A stretch of DNA of 60,309 bases from an uncultured Verrucomicrobiales bacterium (GTDB taxonomy: Bacteria > Verrucomicrobiota > Verrucomicrobiia > Verrucomicrobiales > DEV007). The notes beneath the pieces are model-generated. The model was not told the DNA's origin, did no database searches, and saw only the letters and a list, made by a program, of their open reading frames with translations. Where the stretch lies: assembly GCA_938091905.1 (NCBI GenBank), contig CALKOM010000027.1, positions 1 to 60,309 on the forward strand, in the 5' to 3' direction. A program made the translations under genes and the position numbers. Below, piece by piece: positions 1 to 10,341 of the stretch (positions within the stretch are counted from its first letter, which is position 1; each line of letters opens with the position of its first letter).

Positions 1-343
1 AGGATCCATCGGTGGCCTGCCACCTTTATCGACTTCTGTTAGTTTTCCTCCTTGGGAATCAGATCAATTTTTTAGGCGTTTGGCTTGAGCCTCCGCCTTG
101 GCGTGTTCGTTGATCTGAGTCATAATATGTATGTTGGTGCCGCAACCCTACCATCTATCTTAAAAACAGCAAGGCGAAACCGTTATCAAACACACCCTAG
201 AAGATCCGCGAATGATGCTCGCAAACAATGTCTGAAATTTCACTTGAGGCCCTCCCAGAACTTCTAGGGTTTTGAATTGAATCAGTAAGGAGCTTGCTCA
301 GAAGTGTGAACAATCAAGGATGACCATCAACTTGCGTGAGTTC

Positions 344-411
344 GCGGGCCTCCCGTCTGGTATTATGGGACGTTCTGAAGAGAGATCATGACGGCGACGG
401 CGGGCCTCCCG
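344..411. repeat. Two direct copies of GCGGGCCTCCCG (344-355, 400-411), possibly degenerate REP-like elements
   Basis: Exact 12-nt GC-rich repeat 56 nt apart in the intergenic region downstream of pepP. Confidence 0.35.
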
Positions 412-444
412 ACCGGGATGAGAGTTCATTCGCCACAGCGTTCC

Positions 445-1734
445 TCAAGAAGCCATGAGCTTCTCAATCTCGTCGGCTTCGATCGGAATCGACTCCATGA
501 GGTCCACACGACCGGCTTCCGTGATTAGAATGTCATTCTCTAACCTTACCCCTAGATTCTCTTCAGGAATGTAGATGCCTGGCTCACAGGTGAAAACCAT
601 GCCGGGCTCCATCGGACGCCACGTTTCTCCCACATCATGAACATCGAGACCAATATGGTGAGCCGTGCCATGCATGAAGTACTTCTTGAATAGAGGCTTG
701 TCTGGATCTTGATCAGCAACCTCTTCGGCCTTGAGAAGGCCCAGCTCAATAAGCTCGCCTTCCATGAGTTTGCCCACCTGATCTTGGTAAGGCTTGAGCA
801 CCATGCCTGGTGCTAGCCAATCGACGGCTTGACGGAAGACACGGAGCACCGCATCATAGACTTGACGCTGGCGTTCGGTAAACTTACCATTCACCGGAAT
901 CGTTCGTGTTAGGTCACTGTTATAGTTGGCATACTCAGCAGCCACATCTAACAACAGCATATCGCCATCTTGGCAAACCTGATCATTGTCCAAGTAGTGA
1001 AGGGTACACGCTCCTGCACCGGAAGCGATGATCGGTTCGTAGGCGAAATGATTCGAACGGTTTCGCAGAAACTCATGAGCGAGTTCAGCCTCCACTTCCC
1101 ACTCGCCGACACCAGGTTTGACAAAGCCTAGAAGGCGTTCGAAACCCTTTTTAGTGATCTCGCAAGCTTCCTTGATCAAATCAATTTCGACTGGCTGCTT
1201 GATCTGACGAAGCGCTGACACCACGGGGGCAAAGCGTTCGTAATGATGCAGTGGGTAGGCCGCCTGGCACTCTTTCGCAAATCTAGCCTCGCGAGACTCC
1301 ATGAGGATCTCGGCCCTAGGATGCTCATTGAGGTTCAGGTAAACATGCTCCGCTTGGATCATGAGAAGGCGCAGGTACTTGGGAAATTCATCGAGCCAAT
1401 GCACTTCATGAATGCCCGTAACTTCGGTCGCTTGTTCCTTCGTGAGCTTAGCGCCTTCCCAAACTTTGATAAGATCGCTAGTCTCACGAACGAAGAGCAT
1501 TTCCCGCTGTTTCTCGTCCGGCGCATCCGGAAACAGGACGAGCACGGTCTGTTCCTGATCGACTCCAGAAAGGTAGAAGAGATCGCTGTTCTGGCGAAAC
1601 CGCATCGTGCCATCAGCATTGGTCGGCGCGACGTCGTTGGCATGAAGGATGACCAAGCTATTCGGCTTGAGCTGGTCACGGAGACGAGAGCGATTGGATA
1701 CGAAGAGCTGCGAATCGATGGGGCGATATTTCAT
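445..1734 (-). CDS. pepP: Xaa-Pro aminopeptidase (M24B)
   Basis: AMP_N-like start (FRQNSDLFYLSG) and M24 metal ligands (LLDVAAEY, SDLTRT, HGTAHHIGLDVHD, TCEPG, VRLEND). Start moved to ATG 1734 (MKYRPID) because the longer ORF overlaps the divergent helicase. Confidence 0.9.
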   Translation of the reverse strand: MKYRPIDSQLFVSNRSRLRDQLKPNSLVILHANDVAPTNADGTMRFRQNSDLFYLSGVDQEQTVLVLFPDAPDEKQREMLFVRETSDLIKVWEGAKLTKEQATEVTGIHEVHWLDEFPKYLRLLMIQAEHVYLNLNEHPRAEILMESREARFAKECQAAYPLHHYERFAPVVSALRQIKQPVEIDLIKEACEITKKGFERLLGFVKPGVGEWEVEAELAHEFLRNRSNHFAYEPIIASGAGACTLHYLDNDQVCQDGDMLLLDVAAEYANYNSDLTRTIPVNGKFTERQRQVYDAVLRVFRQAVDWLAPGMVLKPYQDQVGKLMEGELIELGLLKAEEVADQDPDKPLFKKYFMHGTAHHIGLDVHDVGETWRPMEPGMVFTCEPGIYIPEENLGVRLENDILITEAGRVDLMESIPIEADEIEKLMAS

Positions 1735-1798
1735 GAGTCTGGACTTTCCTAGGCGAAGGCTTGCAGTTAAGCAAGACTCCCCTGTGATTGAAGAGCCA

Positions 1799-4186
1799 AT
1801 GCCGTCCACCACCACGACTTGGGTGGTCTCTGTCAGAGACCTGGTCGATTTCGTGCTGCGCCGAGGTGGGCTCACCAGAAGCAGCTTTCGCAGCGCGCGG
1901 CGAGCCCAGGAAGGTACCCGAGGACACCAGGACGTCCAGAAGCAGCGCCCACCAGCATACCAACCAGAAGTGCCTATCCGCGATGAAATCCGGACGGCCT
2001 CCGGCCAAGTCCTCATCGTCCAAGGCCGAATCGATGGCGTCATGCAAACTGCTGCGAGCTGGCTCGTAGAGGAGATCAAGACCGTGGTAGGCGATTGGAA
2101 TGGTGAGGCCCGCGAAATGCATTGGTCGCAAGCCAAGGTCTATGCCGCGCTCTTCGCCCGCCAGCGCAACCTTCATGAACTCGACATTCAGCTAACCTAC
2201 CTTCACGTCGATACGAATGACCTCACGGTCTTTCGTAAGACGTTTACGAACGCGGAACTACTCACATTCTACGAACACCTGACAGATGTCTATCGTTCCT
2301 GGATCGAGCTTCAGGCCACCCATCGCCATGCTCGTGATCTTTCGATTCGTGAAGCCGACTTCCCCTTCCCTTCTCCGCGCGACGGGCAGGAGAAACTACT
2401 CTCCAAGTCTCGGGAAGTTCTTCAGCACAACCACACGTTACTAGCAGAAGCACCTACCGGCATCGGCAAGACAATCTCTGTCCTCTACGCTGCGGTTAAG
2501 GCTTTGCCTAAATCGGACGGCAAACTACGTCTCGCCTACCTAACGGCAAAGACAACCGGTCATGAATCCGCGCGCAAAGCCGTAGCGGATCTTGCCAAGA
2601 GCGGAGTCCGCCTAAATGCCCTAGCATTCGCGGCGCGGGATCGCCTCTGCCGTGGACAGAAGGACGGCTCCCCATGTGATGTCACCACTTGTCCACTGGC
2701 ACTGCAACACTATGACCATCGCCAAGATGCCATGCGCGACGCCCTCGATCAGGGCTGGGTGGGCATCGATGAGCTTCGCGGGCTAGCAGAGAAACACCAA
2801 GTATGCCCTTCCGCTCTCGCCATCGATCTCGTGCCCTGGGTCGATCTGATTGTTTGCGACTACAACTACGTCTTCGATCCAGGGGTCCGATTGGCCAGCC
2901 TCACCAATGAGGGCCAACGCCAGGTCGCCCTGCTTATCGACGAAGCGCACAACCTGCCTGATCGAGCGCGCCGAATGTTCAGCTCTTATATTAGCACCAA
3001 CCGACTCTCCAAGCTCAAGCAAGCCATTGGTAACGCCCATACGAACTGTAAACACGCTCTTGATAAAATTATTGTCAGTATTCGCGACGCCGGCCAGCGA
3101 GAGGGAGTAAACCGCGATAGCCTACTACTCGAGAAGCTACCCTCAGGACTACGCGCCGCCATTGGCAACTTCCTTCCCATTGCGGATCACATACTGACGC
3201 GAGGAGAAGCTGCCAGCTATCACGAAGACCTGTTAGAAAGTTACTTCGAACTAACAACTTTTCTAAAGTTGGTCGACCTTGGCAACGACCGAACGCACAC
3301 CCTATTGCTCGAGAAGTCTCGCCAGCAACTCCGGCTCCGATGGCTATGCCTCGATCCCGGACCTCTACTAGAGAAAGTCTATGAGGAAACAGGACCTACA
3401 CTCATCTTCTCGGCAACCTTATCCCCTGCTCCTTACTTTAAGCGCTTACTAGGGCAGACATCACACCAGACAAGACTACGGTTACCCTCGCCATTCCCAC
3501 CGGAGAATCTCGGGCTCCTCGTTCATACGGACATTGCCACGACCTACCGAAAGCGCGCCGAGTCCTACGACAAAGTCGCCGAAGTTCTTGCCACGTTTGC
3601 TTTGGGTAAGCCGGGCCACTACTTCGCTTTCTTCTCTTCCTACGACTATCTGCGTCAGGTCGAGGAACAGCTCCGCCTGCTTCGTGAAAAGAATCTTCGG
3701 ATCCTGAGCCAGTCGTCCGAGATGAGCATCGAAGAACGCGGGGCCTTCCTTAAACACTTCCAGGAGCCACCTTCCCAACGAGCGCGCAAGTCATTGTTGG
3801 GCCTCGCTGTGCTCGGAGGCGTCTTTGGCGAAGGCATTGATCTCGTTGGAGAAAGCCTCATAGGCGTCGCTGTTGTCGGCGTCGGTCTTCCTCAGGTGAA
3901 TCCCGAGAACGATCTCATCAAACAGCGCTTCAGCGAACTCGCTGACCGTGAAGATCCGGAACTCGGTTTCGACTTCGCCTACACCTATCCTGGATTCAAT
4001 CGCGTACTCCAAGCCGTCGGCCGACTCATTCGAACCGAGTCGGACCGTGGCATGGCCCTGCTCATCGACGAACGCTACCGGCAACACCGCTACAAACAGC
4101 TCTTTCCCGAATGGTGGCAACCCACGGTCGTGCGTTCTATCCATGACATGACCGATACTCAAGAGGCCTTCTGGAGAAATAGGTAG
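1799..4186 (+). CDS. DinG/XPD-family Fe-S DNA helicase with an N-terminal PD-(D/E)XK (Cas4/RecB-like) nuclease domain
   Basis: N-terminal GxxxH, GRIDG, EEIKT and QAKVYA motifs. Helicase Q motif (RDGQ), Walker A APTGIGKT, four Cys for an Fe-S cluster, DEAH, SATL, EGID and QAVGRLIR. Start at ATG 1799 (or GTG 1784). Confidence 0.88.
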   Translation: MPSTTTTWVVSVRDLVDFVLRRGGLTRSSFRSARRAQEGTRGHQDVQKQRPPAYQPEVPIRDEIRTASGQVLIVQGRIDGVMQTAASWLVEEIKTVVGDWNGEAREMHWSQAKVYAALFARQRNLHELDIQLTYLHVDTNDLTVFRKTFTNAELLTFYEHLTDVYRSWIELQATHRHARDLSIREADFPFPSPRDGQEKLLSKSREVLQHNHTLLAEAPTGIGKTISVLYAAVKALPKSDGKLRLAYLTAKTTGHESARKAVADLAKSGVRLNALAFAARDRLCRGQKDGSPCDVTTCPLALQHYDHRQDAMRDALDQGWVGIDELRGLAEKHQVCPSALAIDLVPWVDLIVCDYNYVFDPGVRLASLTNEGQRQVALLIDEAHNLPDRARRMFSSYISTNRLSKLKQAIGNAHTNCKHALDKIIVSIRDAGQREGVNRDSLLLEKLPSGLRAAIGNFLPIADHILTRGEAASYHEDLLESYFELTTFLKLVDLGNDRTHTLLLEKSRQQLRLRWLCLDPGPLLEKVYEETGPTLIFSATLSPAPYFKRLLGQTSHQTRLRLPSPFPPENLGLLVHTDIATTYRKRAESYDKVAEVLATFALGKPGHYFAFFSSYDYLRQVEEQLRLLREKNLRILSQSSEMSIEERGAFLKHFQEPPSQRARKSLLGLAVLGGVFGEGIDLVGESLIGVAVVGVGLPQVNPENDLIKQRFSELADREDPELGFDFAYTYPGFNRVLQAVGRLIRTESDRGMALLIDERYRQHRYKQLFPEWWQPTVVRSIHDMTDTQEAFWRNR

Positions 4187-4237
4187 GAAGGCCCCGTGAG
4201 AAATCTCATCCCCACGGAGCTTCCACAAGCAATACCA

Positions 4238-5254
4238 TTAACTACGAGTAAACGCTTTTTCATTGTCCGCCACGCGCTCGATGATGTCGCGCACGCGCTG
4301 AAAACGGGGGTCTTCCATCCGAGACAATGCTCGGCGCATCTTCGTTAGAGCCACATTCTGCAACTGGCGAATACGCTCACGAGTGACACCAAATTCTTTC
4401 CCCACTTCAACAAGTGTTCGGCTGCGACGCCCGCCTAGGCCAAATCGCAGATCGATAATCCGACGCTCGCGCTCGTCGAGTTCGCCGAGAAGTTCACCGA
4501 GCTGCTCAACCATGTCGGCACCACTGGTCGTGTCATCAGGAGAAACGATGGCATCATCCTTCACCGTCTCGCCGAATGTCATTCGGCTGTCATCCTCGCC
4601 CATAGGAGCATCAAGGGAAGCCGGACGCATGGCCGCTTCCATAAGCGCGGTAAGCTTATGGGTAGGAATGCCGGTGAACTCGGAGATCTCCTCGACAGAG
4701 GGTTCGCGTCCGAGTTCCTCGGTCAGATGACCGGCAATGCGGTTCATCTTGGAAATCTTCTCCTTCATGTGAACCGGAAGCCGGATGGTCCGCCCTTGGT
4801 TTGCCAAGGCCCGCTTCATGCACTGCTTGATCCACCACGCTGCATAGGTGCTCAGCTTTCCACCTTTCTTGGGATCAAATCGCTCCACAGCCTTCATGAG
4901 GCCGATATTGCCTTCAGCGATCAGATCGCCGAGCGGAAGGCCCAAATTCGAGTAATCCTGGGCAATCTTAACGACAAGTCGTAGGTTCGCCTTGATCATG
5001 TGGGAACGGGCTTTCTCGTCGCCTCGCTTAATGCGGGCAGCGAGCTTGACCTCCTGAGCACGAGTCAGGAGCGGTGTTTCAGCAATTTCCCGGCAGTAAC
5101 GACGGAGCCCCTGGTCAGGGGAACCTCCGGAATAGCTTGCTGGAGTGCTTGCATCAGTGCCTCGCCGAGCGGAAACTGAACTTGTGGTAGCTGGACGGAT
5201 GCTCCGAGTAGAAACTGGAGGCGCGGAGACTAGTTGAGGGGCAGTTGCTTTCAT
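4238..5254 (-). CDS. RNA polymerase sigma-70 factor, RpoD/RpoS-like, without region 1.1
   Basis: Region 1.2 (LRRYCREIAETPLLT), region 2 (ANLRLVV, DLIAEGNIGLMKAVERFD, STYAAWWIKQ), region 3 (SLDAP) and region 4.2 (GVTRERIRQ). Confidence 0.92.
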   Translation of the reverse strand: MKATAPQLVSAPPVSTRSIRPATTSSVSARRGTDASTPASYSGGSPDQGLRRYCREIAETPLLTRAQEVKLAARIKRGDEKARSHMIKANLRLVVKIAQDYSNLGLPLGDLIAEGNIGLMKAVERFDPKKGGKLSTYAAWWIKQCMKRALANQGRTIRLPVHMKEKISKMNRIAGHLTEELGREPSVEEISEFTGIPTHKLTALMEAAMRPASLDAPMGEDDSRMTFGETVKDDAIVSPDDTTSGADMVEQLGELLGELDERERRIIDLRFGLGGRRSRTLVEVGKEFGVTRERIRQLQNVALTKMRRALSRMEDPRFQRVRDIIERVADNEKAFTRS

Positions 5255-5367
5255 ACATATACTAAGACGCAGCTGAGATTACGTCGTGATTGCTCATTCA
5301 TTACATAGGCGTAATGGTCGGGTCAGATTGCCGTAATCCCCATCCTCCAGCCTGTTTCCACCTACCT

Positions 5368-6045
5368 ATGAGAGCCCTCATCGTCGAAGACGACCCCAAG
5401 ATAGCTTCGTTCCTTACCAACGGATTTGGCGAATCTGGGTTCGTCGTGGACAGTGCCCTAGACGGAATGCGCGGGCTCGAGCTGGCTCTTTCCCAATCCT
5501 ACGACGTCGCCATCATTGATCTTATGTTACCGAAAGTTGATGGACTTTCGATCATTGAGAAGATGCGCGCGGACAAGATCACTACTCCTGTCATTATTCT
5601 TAGTGCCAAAGATAGTGTGAATGATCGCATCACAGGGCTGCGCACAGGAGGCGACGATTACGTGTCCAAGCCGTTCTCGTTTGGCGAACTTCTAGCCCGC
5701 GTGCAAGCAGTCATGCGCCGAGCGTTACCGCAAGGCACGGAACAGGGGCCCCTCTGCGTTGGCGGATTAGAACTTGATCCATGGAAGCGAGAAGTACGAC
5801 GAGACGGAGAAATCATCGCTCTCCACGCGCGTGAATTTGCTTTGTTAGAGTTCCTTATGCGTCATCCAGGCAGAGTCCTTTCCAAGACTGCCATCCTAGA
5901 GAATGTCTACGACTACAACTTCGATCCCCAGACAAATGTAGTCGACGTTCTCGTCCATCGTCTTCGCAAGAAAGTTGACGAAGGTTTCAACAAGAAACTT
6001 ATCCACACACTGCGAGGCATGGGTTATGTCCTTCGAGAAGATTAG
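5368..6045 (+). CDS. OmpR/PhoB-family response regulator (CusR/CzcR-like)
   Basis: VEDD, DLMLP, LSA, DDYVSKPF and a winged-helix end (TNVVDV, IHTLRGMGY). Start at ATG 5368. Confidence 0.92.
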   Translation: MRALIVEDDPKIASFLTNGFGESGFVVDSALDGMRGLELALSQSYDVAIIDLMLPKVDGLSIIEKMRADKITTPVIILSAKDSVNDRITGLRTGGDDYVSKPFSFGELLARVQAVMRRALPQGTEQGPLCVGGLELDPWKREVRRDGEIIALHAREFALLEFLMRHPGRVLSKTAILENVYDYNFDPQTNVVDVLVHRLRKKVDEGFNKKLIHTLRGMGYVLRED

Positions 6046-7543
6046 TCATCGCTTTCCAGGACAAACGTTAGGATGGGGATTCAGCCTCCGTTTGAGCCTC
6101 TACTTTGCCGTGGTTTTCACCATCGGGGCTCTCGGTCTCCTCTTTATTGGGTATCATTCCCTCGCCCGCGCCTTTGAGGCTCGAGAAATCGGCACGCTGG
6201 AAGAGCGCCTTTATGAATACCAAGCATGGATGCGCCTCGGTCTGACCAGTTCCGAGCCTCTCCTTGAAGACGCCTTGACTCGCGACTACGTGAATTCCCG
6301 TTTCTACACGCAGCTCGATGTTAGTAACGATGACATGTTTCTCCGGCTCCAAGGGAATAGCCGCGTTCAACCAATGCTCCTTTGGCCACCGAACACGGCA
6401 ACGTTCTTTGACCAAGAAGTAGTCAAGAATCTGCCCGGGGGCACTCGTGAGTCCGGGCTCTTTCTCGGTGGTGATCACCAAGACGACCTCTGGGCGGTCG
6501 CCTCGCTACCTCTTAGCGCCGAGCTCGGTGGCGGCTTCCTTCAGGCCGGTAAAAGCTTGCGGACAGGCGAAGCTGTCCTCGATCGCTTTCGGCAAATATT
6601 TCTGTTAGGAGTCCTTCCTGTACTGCTTGTGGGTATCATCGGCGGCACCTTCATGACCTACAATTCCATTGGCCCGATCAGGGTGCTCATCAATACGATT
6701 CATGACATTCTAAGAACAGGGGACTTAAGTCGACGTGCCAAATCCCCCAAGGGAGGTGACGAACTGACACCTTTGGTCAACGCCTTTAATCGCTTGTTAG
6801 GACGTCAAGAACGCCTCATCGAGTCCATGCACACCTCGTTGGACAGCGTTGCCCACGACTTGCGCACGCCCATGGCACGGCTTCGTGCCACCGCAGAGTC
6901 CGCTCTGGAAAACACGAGCGACACGAAAGAGGCCAAGCACGCTGAAGCCCTCTCAGACTGCCTGGAAGAATCGGATCACGTCCTCAGCATGTTGCGCACG
7001 TTGATGGAGCTGAGTGAGGCAGACGCCGGCGCGATGCGTCTAAGGTTAGAGGAACTCTCAATGGATGAGATTCTCAAGACCGTCGCGGAGCTCTACGAGT
7101 TCGTAGCCGAGGAGAAGCACATTCAATTGGCAATCGAACCTTCTCAGAATGATGTCACGCTTGTCGCTGATCGCGCGCGACTGCTTCAGCTCTTCGCCAA
7201 CCTTGTGGATAACGCTCTCAAGTTCAGCCCGAAAGGCAGCACCGTCACTCTAGGGGCCCATAGCACGCGAAACCACGTGAACGTATGGGTGCAGGACGAG
7301 GGCACCGGTATCGAAGAAGAGAACCAATCCCGTATCTGGGATCGTCTCTTCCGCGGGGACCGCAGCCGCTCCACGCGTGGCGTCGGACTCGGTCTCAGCT
7401 TCGTTCGCGCTATCTCAGAGGCTCACGGCGGGTCGACCCAAGTTCAGAGCACACCCGGCAAAGGCGCTCGATTTATCATTCGGCTTCCTATAGATCCGCC
7501 CCCAGACGCAGGGGAACGTATCGATCTTACGAAAGACGAATAG
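6026..7543 (+). CDS. Membrane sensor histidine kinase (2 TM, HAMP, HisKA, HATPase)
   Basis: H-box AHDLRTP, N-box NLVDNALKF, G1 DEGTG, G2 GVGLGL. Overlaps the regulator end; start at ATG 6026. Confidence 0.92.
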   Translation: MSFEKISHRFPGQTLGWGFSLRLSLYFAVVFTIGALGLLFIGYHSLARAFEAREIGTLEERLYEYQAWMRLGLTSSEPLLEDALTRDYVNSRFYTQLDVSNDDMFLRLQGNSRVQPMLLWPPNTATFFDQEVVKNLPGGTRESGLFLGGDHQDDLWAVASLPLSAELGGGFLQAGKSLRTGEAVLDRFRQIFLLGVLPVLLVGIIGGTFMTYNSIGPIRVLINTIHDILRTGDLSRRAKSPKGGDELTPLVNAFNRLLGRQERLIESMHTSLDSVAHDLRTPMARLRATAESALENTSDTKEAKHAEALSDCLEESDHVLSMLRTLMELSEADAGAMRLRLEELSMDEILKTVAELYEFVAEEKHIQLAIEPSQNDVTLVADRARLLQLFANLVDNALKFSPKGSTVTLGAHSTRNHVNVWVQDEGTGIEEENQSRIWDRLFRGDRSRSTRGVGLGLSFVRAISEAHGGSTQVQSTPGKGARFIIRLPIDPPPDAGERIDLTKDE

Positions 7544-7555
7544 AATCAGGAGACG

Positions 7556-8446
7556 CTAGAGCGAATCCACCCAGCCCATCTCAATCAGGGCATCAATGTA
7601 GATCGTCTGCGTCGGCTTGTCATAGATTCGGCGAGCGGAAGCCATCCATTCTTCAGCCTCTTCCTTATCATCCTCTTGGAAAGCTTTTACGGCTTTTCCA
7701 TAGTAGTGTAAGGGAAAGTCGTCGAGGTAATCGAAAGAATCTAGCATCGCCATTGCTGCTCGATGCTTGGCGTCTCCCTTGGATTGGGACTGCATGAGTA
7801 GACTGATGTACAGTTTGTAATCGATCAGCTTCAGCGTTTCCAAACGTAGTTCAGGATTGTCCGTCTTCAGCTGGCGAAAGGCACTCTCAGAACGAGCAAA
7901 CTTCTTCTCCACAAAATCGAGTTCAGCTAAATTGAATTGCGCTTCCATCAAGCCAGGCTGAAGTGACAGCGCCTTCTTGAATTCGGCACGCGCTTTATCG
8001 AAGTCGCGCAGCTTCGTGTGGATGGCACCACGTAAATTGTAAGTCTGAAAAAGGTCTGGCGTGATCGCCTCGATCTGAATCAAACGATCCAGACCTTCCT
8101 GCAACCGAATCCCTTGAATGTATGTAGCCGCTTCACGAAGGAGACGCGTGATCTCGATCCTTTGGGCAGGTTTGAGATTGGCGACAGAATCCGGAAGCTG
8201 GTCCAGCATCTGCAGGCTCGGGTCATCAGGGTCCTTTGCCGGGCGGCCAAGGCTGTCTGGCAATGAGTTGCTCAAATCCCCTGGTAGAACTTGGCCTTCC
8301 TCGGTCAGTTTGACGTCTCCAGCACCCGTAGCTGTGCCAATGTCAAGACGGCCCGGCGCCAAGCCGCCTTCCTGCGCAAATAGAGTAAAGGACAGTGAAC
8401 TGACGGCTGCCACGGCGATGCATTTCAATAGGATTTCCTGACTCAT
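7556..8446 (-). CDS. Exported tetratricopeptide-repeat protein
   Basis: Signal-peptide-like N-terminus and TPR-like helices (YNLRGAIH...A...F.KAL...P, AQFNLAE). Confidence 0.7.
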   Translation of the reverse strand: MSQEILLKCIAVAAVSSLSFTLFAQEGGLAPGRLDIGTATGAGDVKLTEEGQVLPGDLSNSLPDSLGRPAKDPDDPSLQMLDQLPDSVANLKPAQRIEITRLLREAATYIQGIRLQEGLDRLIQIEAITPDLFQTYNLRGAIHTKLRDFDKARAEFKKALSLQPGLMEAQFNLAELDFVEKKFARSESAFRQLKTDNPELRLETLKLIDYKLYISLLMQSQSKGDAKHRAAMAMLDSFDYLDDFPLHYYGKAVKAFQEDDKEEAEEWMASARRIYDKPTQTIYIDALIEMGWVDSL

Positions 8447-8507
8447 GACTGATAGTATGATAATTAGACCTGGTGGATACTAAATGGGCCTTCGCTGATG
8501 TCAAAGC

Positions 8508-9089
8508 TCATGCGTCCCGATAGAGCCCCTTTTCATGGATATACGCGGCCACTTGGCCTTCCACGTATTCCTCTATGGACAATCCCTTGCTCGCTCGCGT
8601 TCGAATTTCGGTAGCGGAAGCAGCCTTGGCATCGGGCAGAAAGACGGCATCTCGGCCCAGTGCCACCTCTGGAGCCTCTCCATGGCGGGGAAAGACGATG
8701 AACGTGACGAGATCCGAAAGGTAGTCCACCCGAGCCCATTTCGAGAGCGATGCCCACTGATCCATTCCAACAATCCAATAGAGTTTGTCCTCCTCATCCA
8801 GGACCTCCTGGCGCCAATGCTCGGCCGCTTGCCATGAATAGGATGCCCCATCGCGAAGCAATTCCCAATCCGACGCCCACATTTTCGAGAAGCCCGCAAT
8901 GGCCAACCGCACCATCGCCAATCGGTCTTCGCCACCCGTCGTCTCCAGACTGAGCTTGTGCGGAGATTGCCGGCACGGTAGAAACACGACCTCATCAAGA
9001 TCACACTGCTCTAAAGCACGCTCAGCAATGAACTGGTGCCCCCGATGGATCGGATCGAACGTCCCCCCAAACAAGGCCACACGCTTCAT
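8508..9089 (-). CDS. nadD: Nicotinate-nucleotide adenylyltransferase
   Basis: FGGTFDPIHRGH, SPHK, IVGMD, SATEIR and a C-terminal YI...GLY. Confidence 0.92.
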   Translation of the reverse strand: MKRVALFGGTFDPIHRGHQFIAERALEQCDLDEVVFLPCRQSPHKLSLETTGGEDRLAMVRLAIAGFSKMWASDWELLRDGASYSWQAAEHWRQEVLDEEDKLYWIVGMDQWASLSKWARVDYLSDLVTFIVFPRHGEAPEVALGRDAVFLPDAKAASATEIRTRASKGLSIEEYVEGQVAAYIHEKGLYRDA

Positions 9090-9093
9090 CGCT

Positions 9094-10230
9094 CTAGTAA
9101 ACGTCGCGACGGTAACGCTTGTCCTTTTTCATCTGATCGACATACGCAGTAGCCTCTTCCTCAGACTTGCCGCCTTGCTCTGCAATGATCTCGTGCAACG
9201 CTGTATCCACATCTTTTGCCATTCGACTAGCATCGCCACAGACATAAACGATCGCACCGGCATCGAGCCATTCCCAAAACATGGCCGCCTTTTCCTTCAT
9301 GCGAGTCTGCACATAAATCTTATGGTCTTGATCTCTCGAAAAGGCCAAGTCTAGCTGATGTAGAACACCGTCCTTCTCATACTCTCCCCACTCCGCTTCA
9401 TAAAGATAATCGTTGGCACGCGTCTGATCTCCAAAGAACAACCATGCCTTACCCTTCGCACCAGTAGCTTTGCGCTCCTGCATGAAAGCGCGAAACGGAG
9501 CAATACCTGTTCCGGGTCCTACCATGATGATTGGGGTCTCATCCTCTGGCTCCGGCAGGCGAAAGCCTTTGCCAGGAGTAATGAATGTCGGGATGGGCGT
9601 GGACGAATCTAAGCGATCTGATAGGAATGTCGAGCAGACGCCTTTACGTTCTCTCCCAAACGAATCATAGGTCACCGTAGCCACCGTCAAATGCACTTGC
9701 TCTGGGTAAGCTTTCAAACTTGAAGCGATCGAATACAAGCGGACGTTCAGCTTCTTCAAAGAACTCACGAACTCTTGCGCTTCCCAGGCAACCGGATGGG
9801 CTTCCACCATGTCAATGATCTCGCGCCCCCAAAGATAGTCGGCCAGTTCCTTCTTCTTCTCTATTTCTAGCAAACCCGCCCATTCGGATGCCCCATGGCC
9901 CGCCTTCTCCGCCAACAACTTGAGAAACTTCTTCTCAGGCTGCGTGATCGAGCAATCTGCAACCAGAGTCTCCCGCAAAGACTTCTCTGTCTTCGCCGGG
10001 CTCGTCACGACCGTATCGCCATCAAGCTTCAACGTCTTGAGCAGGTCCTCTACCAAATCAGGGCAATTCGTCGCCTTCACCGCCAGCGAATCGCCAGGCA
10101 GGAATTCCATGCCCGATCCACTCAGATCAATCTCGTAATGCCTTGTATCCTTCCCAGATTCTGGCGAGGTCAGCATCTTGCTGCTTTTTAGGTGGGCAAT
10201 GAAGGGATTCTTAACATTGTATACGGCCAT
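9094..10230 (-). CDS. CysJ-like NADPH:flavin reductase (FAD and NADPH domains only; no flavodoxin domain)
   Basis: RLYSIASS, GVCSTFL, MVGPGTGIAPFR, AFSRD, YVCGDA and a terminal RYRRDVY. Start at ATG 10230; the longer ORF runs antisense through the tRNA. Confidence 0.85.
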   Translation of the reverse strand: MAVYNVKNPFIAHLKSSKMLTSPESGKDTRHYEIDLSGSGMEFLPGDSLAVKATNCPDLVEDLLKTLKLDGDTVVTSPAKTEKSLRETLVADCSITQPEKKFLKLLAEKAGHGASEWAGLLEIEKKKELADYLWGREIIDMVEAHPVAWEAQEFVSSLKKLNVRLYSIASSLKAYPEQVHLTVATVTYDSFGRERKGVCSTFLSDRLDSSTPIPTFITPGKGFRLPEPEDETPIIMVGPGTGIAPFRAFMQERKATGAKGKAWLFFGDQTRANDYLYEAEWGEYEKDGVLHQLDLAFSRDQDHKIYVQTRMKEKAAMFWEWLDAGAIVYVCGDASRMAKDVDTALHEIIAEQGGKSEEEATAYVDQMKKDKRYRRDVY

Positions 10231-10341
10231 AGTATTGAAGGGTTCCTCTCCCGTCCCTAAGAGACCGCTCCAGCAAATGCAAGCGGAGACACTCAAGATA
10301 AGCGTTGCCAAAGCACAGGTCCGTGATTCAACTACCCCAAC

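Noticed and set aside
85..267. 60-aa ORF at the window start, and the many short ORFs nested in or antisense to called genes
   Set aside because: No recognisable motifs; they are consistent with shadow ORFs in moderately GC-rich DNA.
1649..2136. Long antisense overlap between pepP and the helicase
   Set aside because: An artefact of longest-ORF calling. Recognisable sequence starts at 1734 (minus) and about 1799 (plus), leaving a normal divergent gap.
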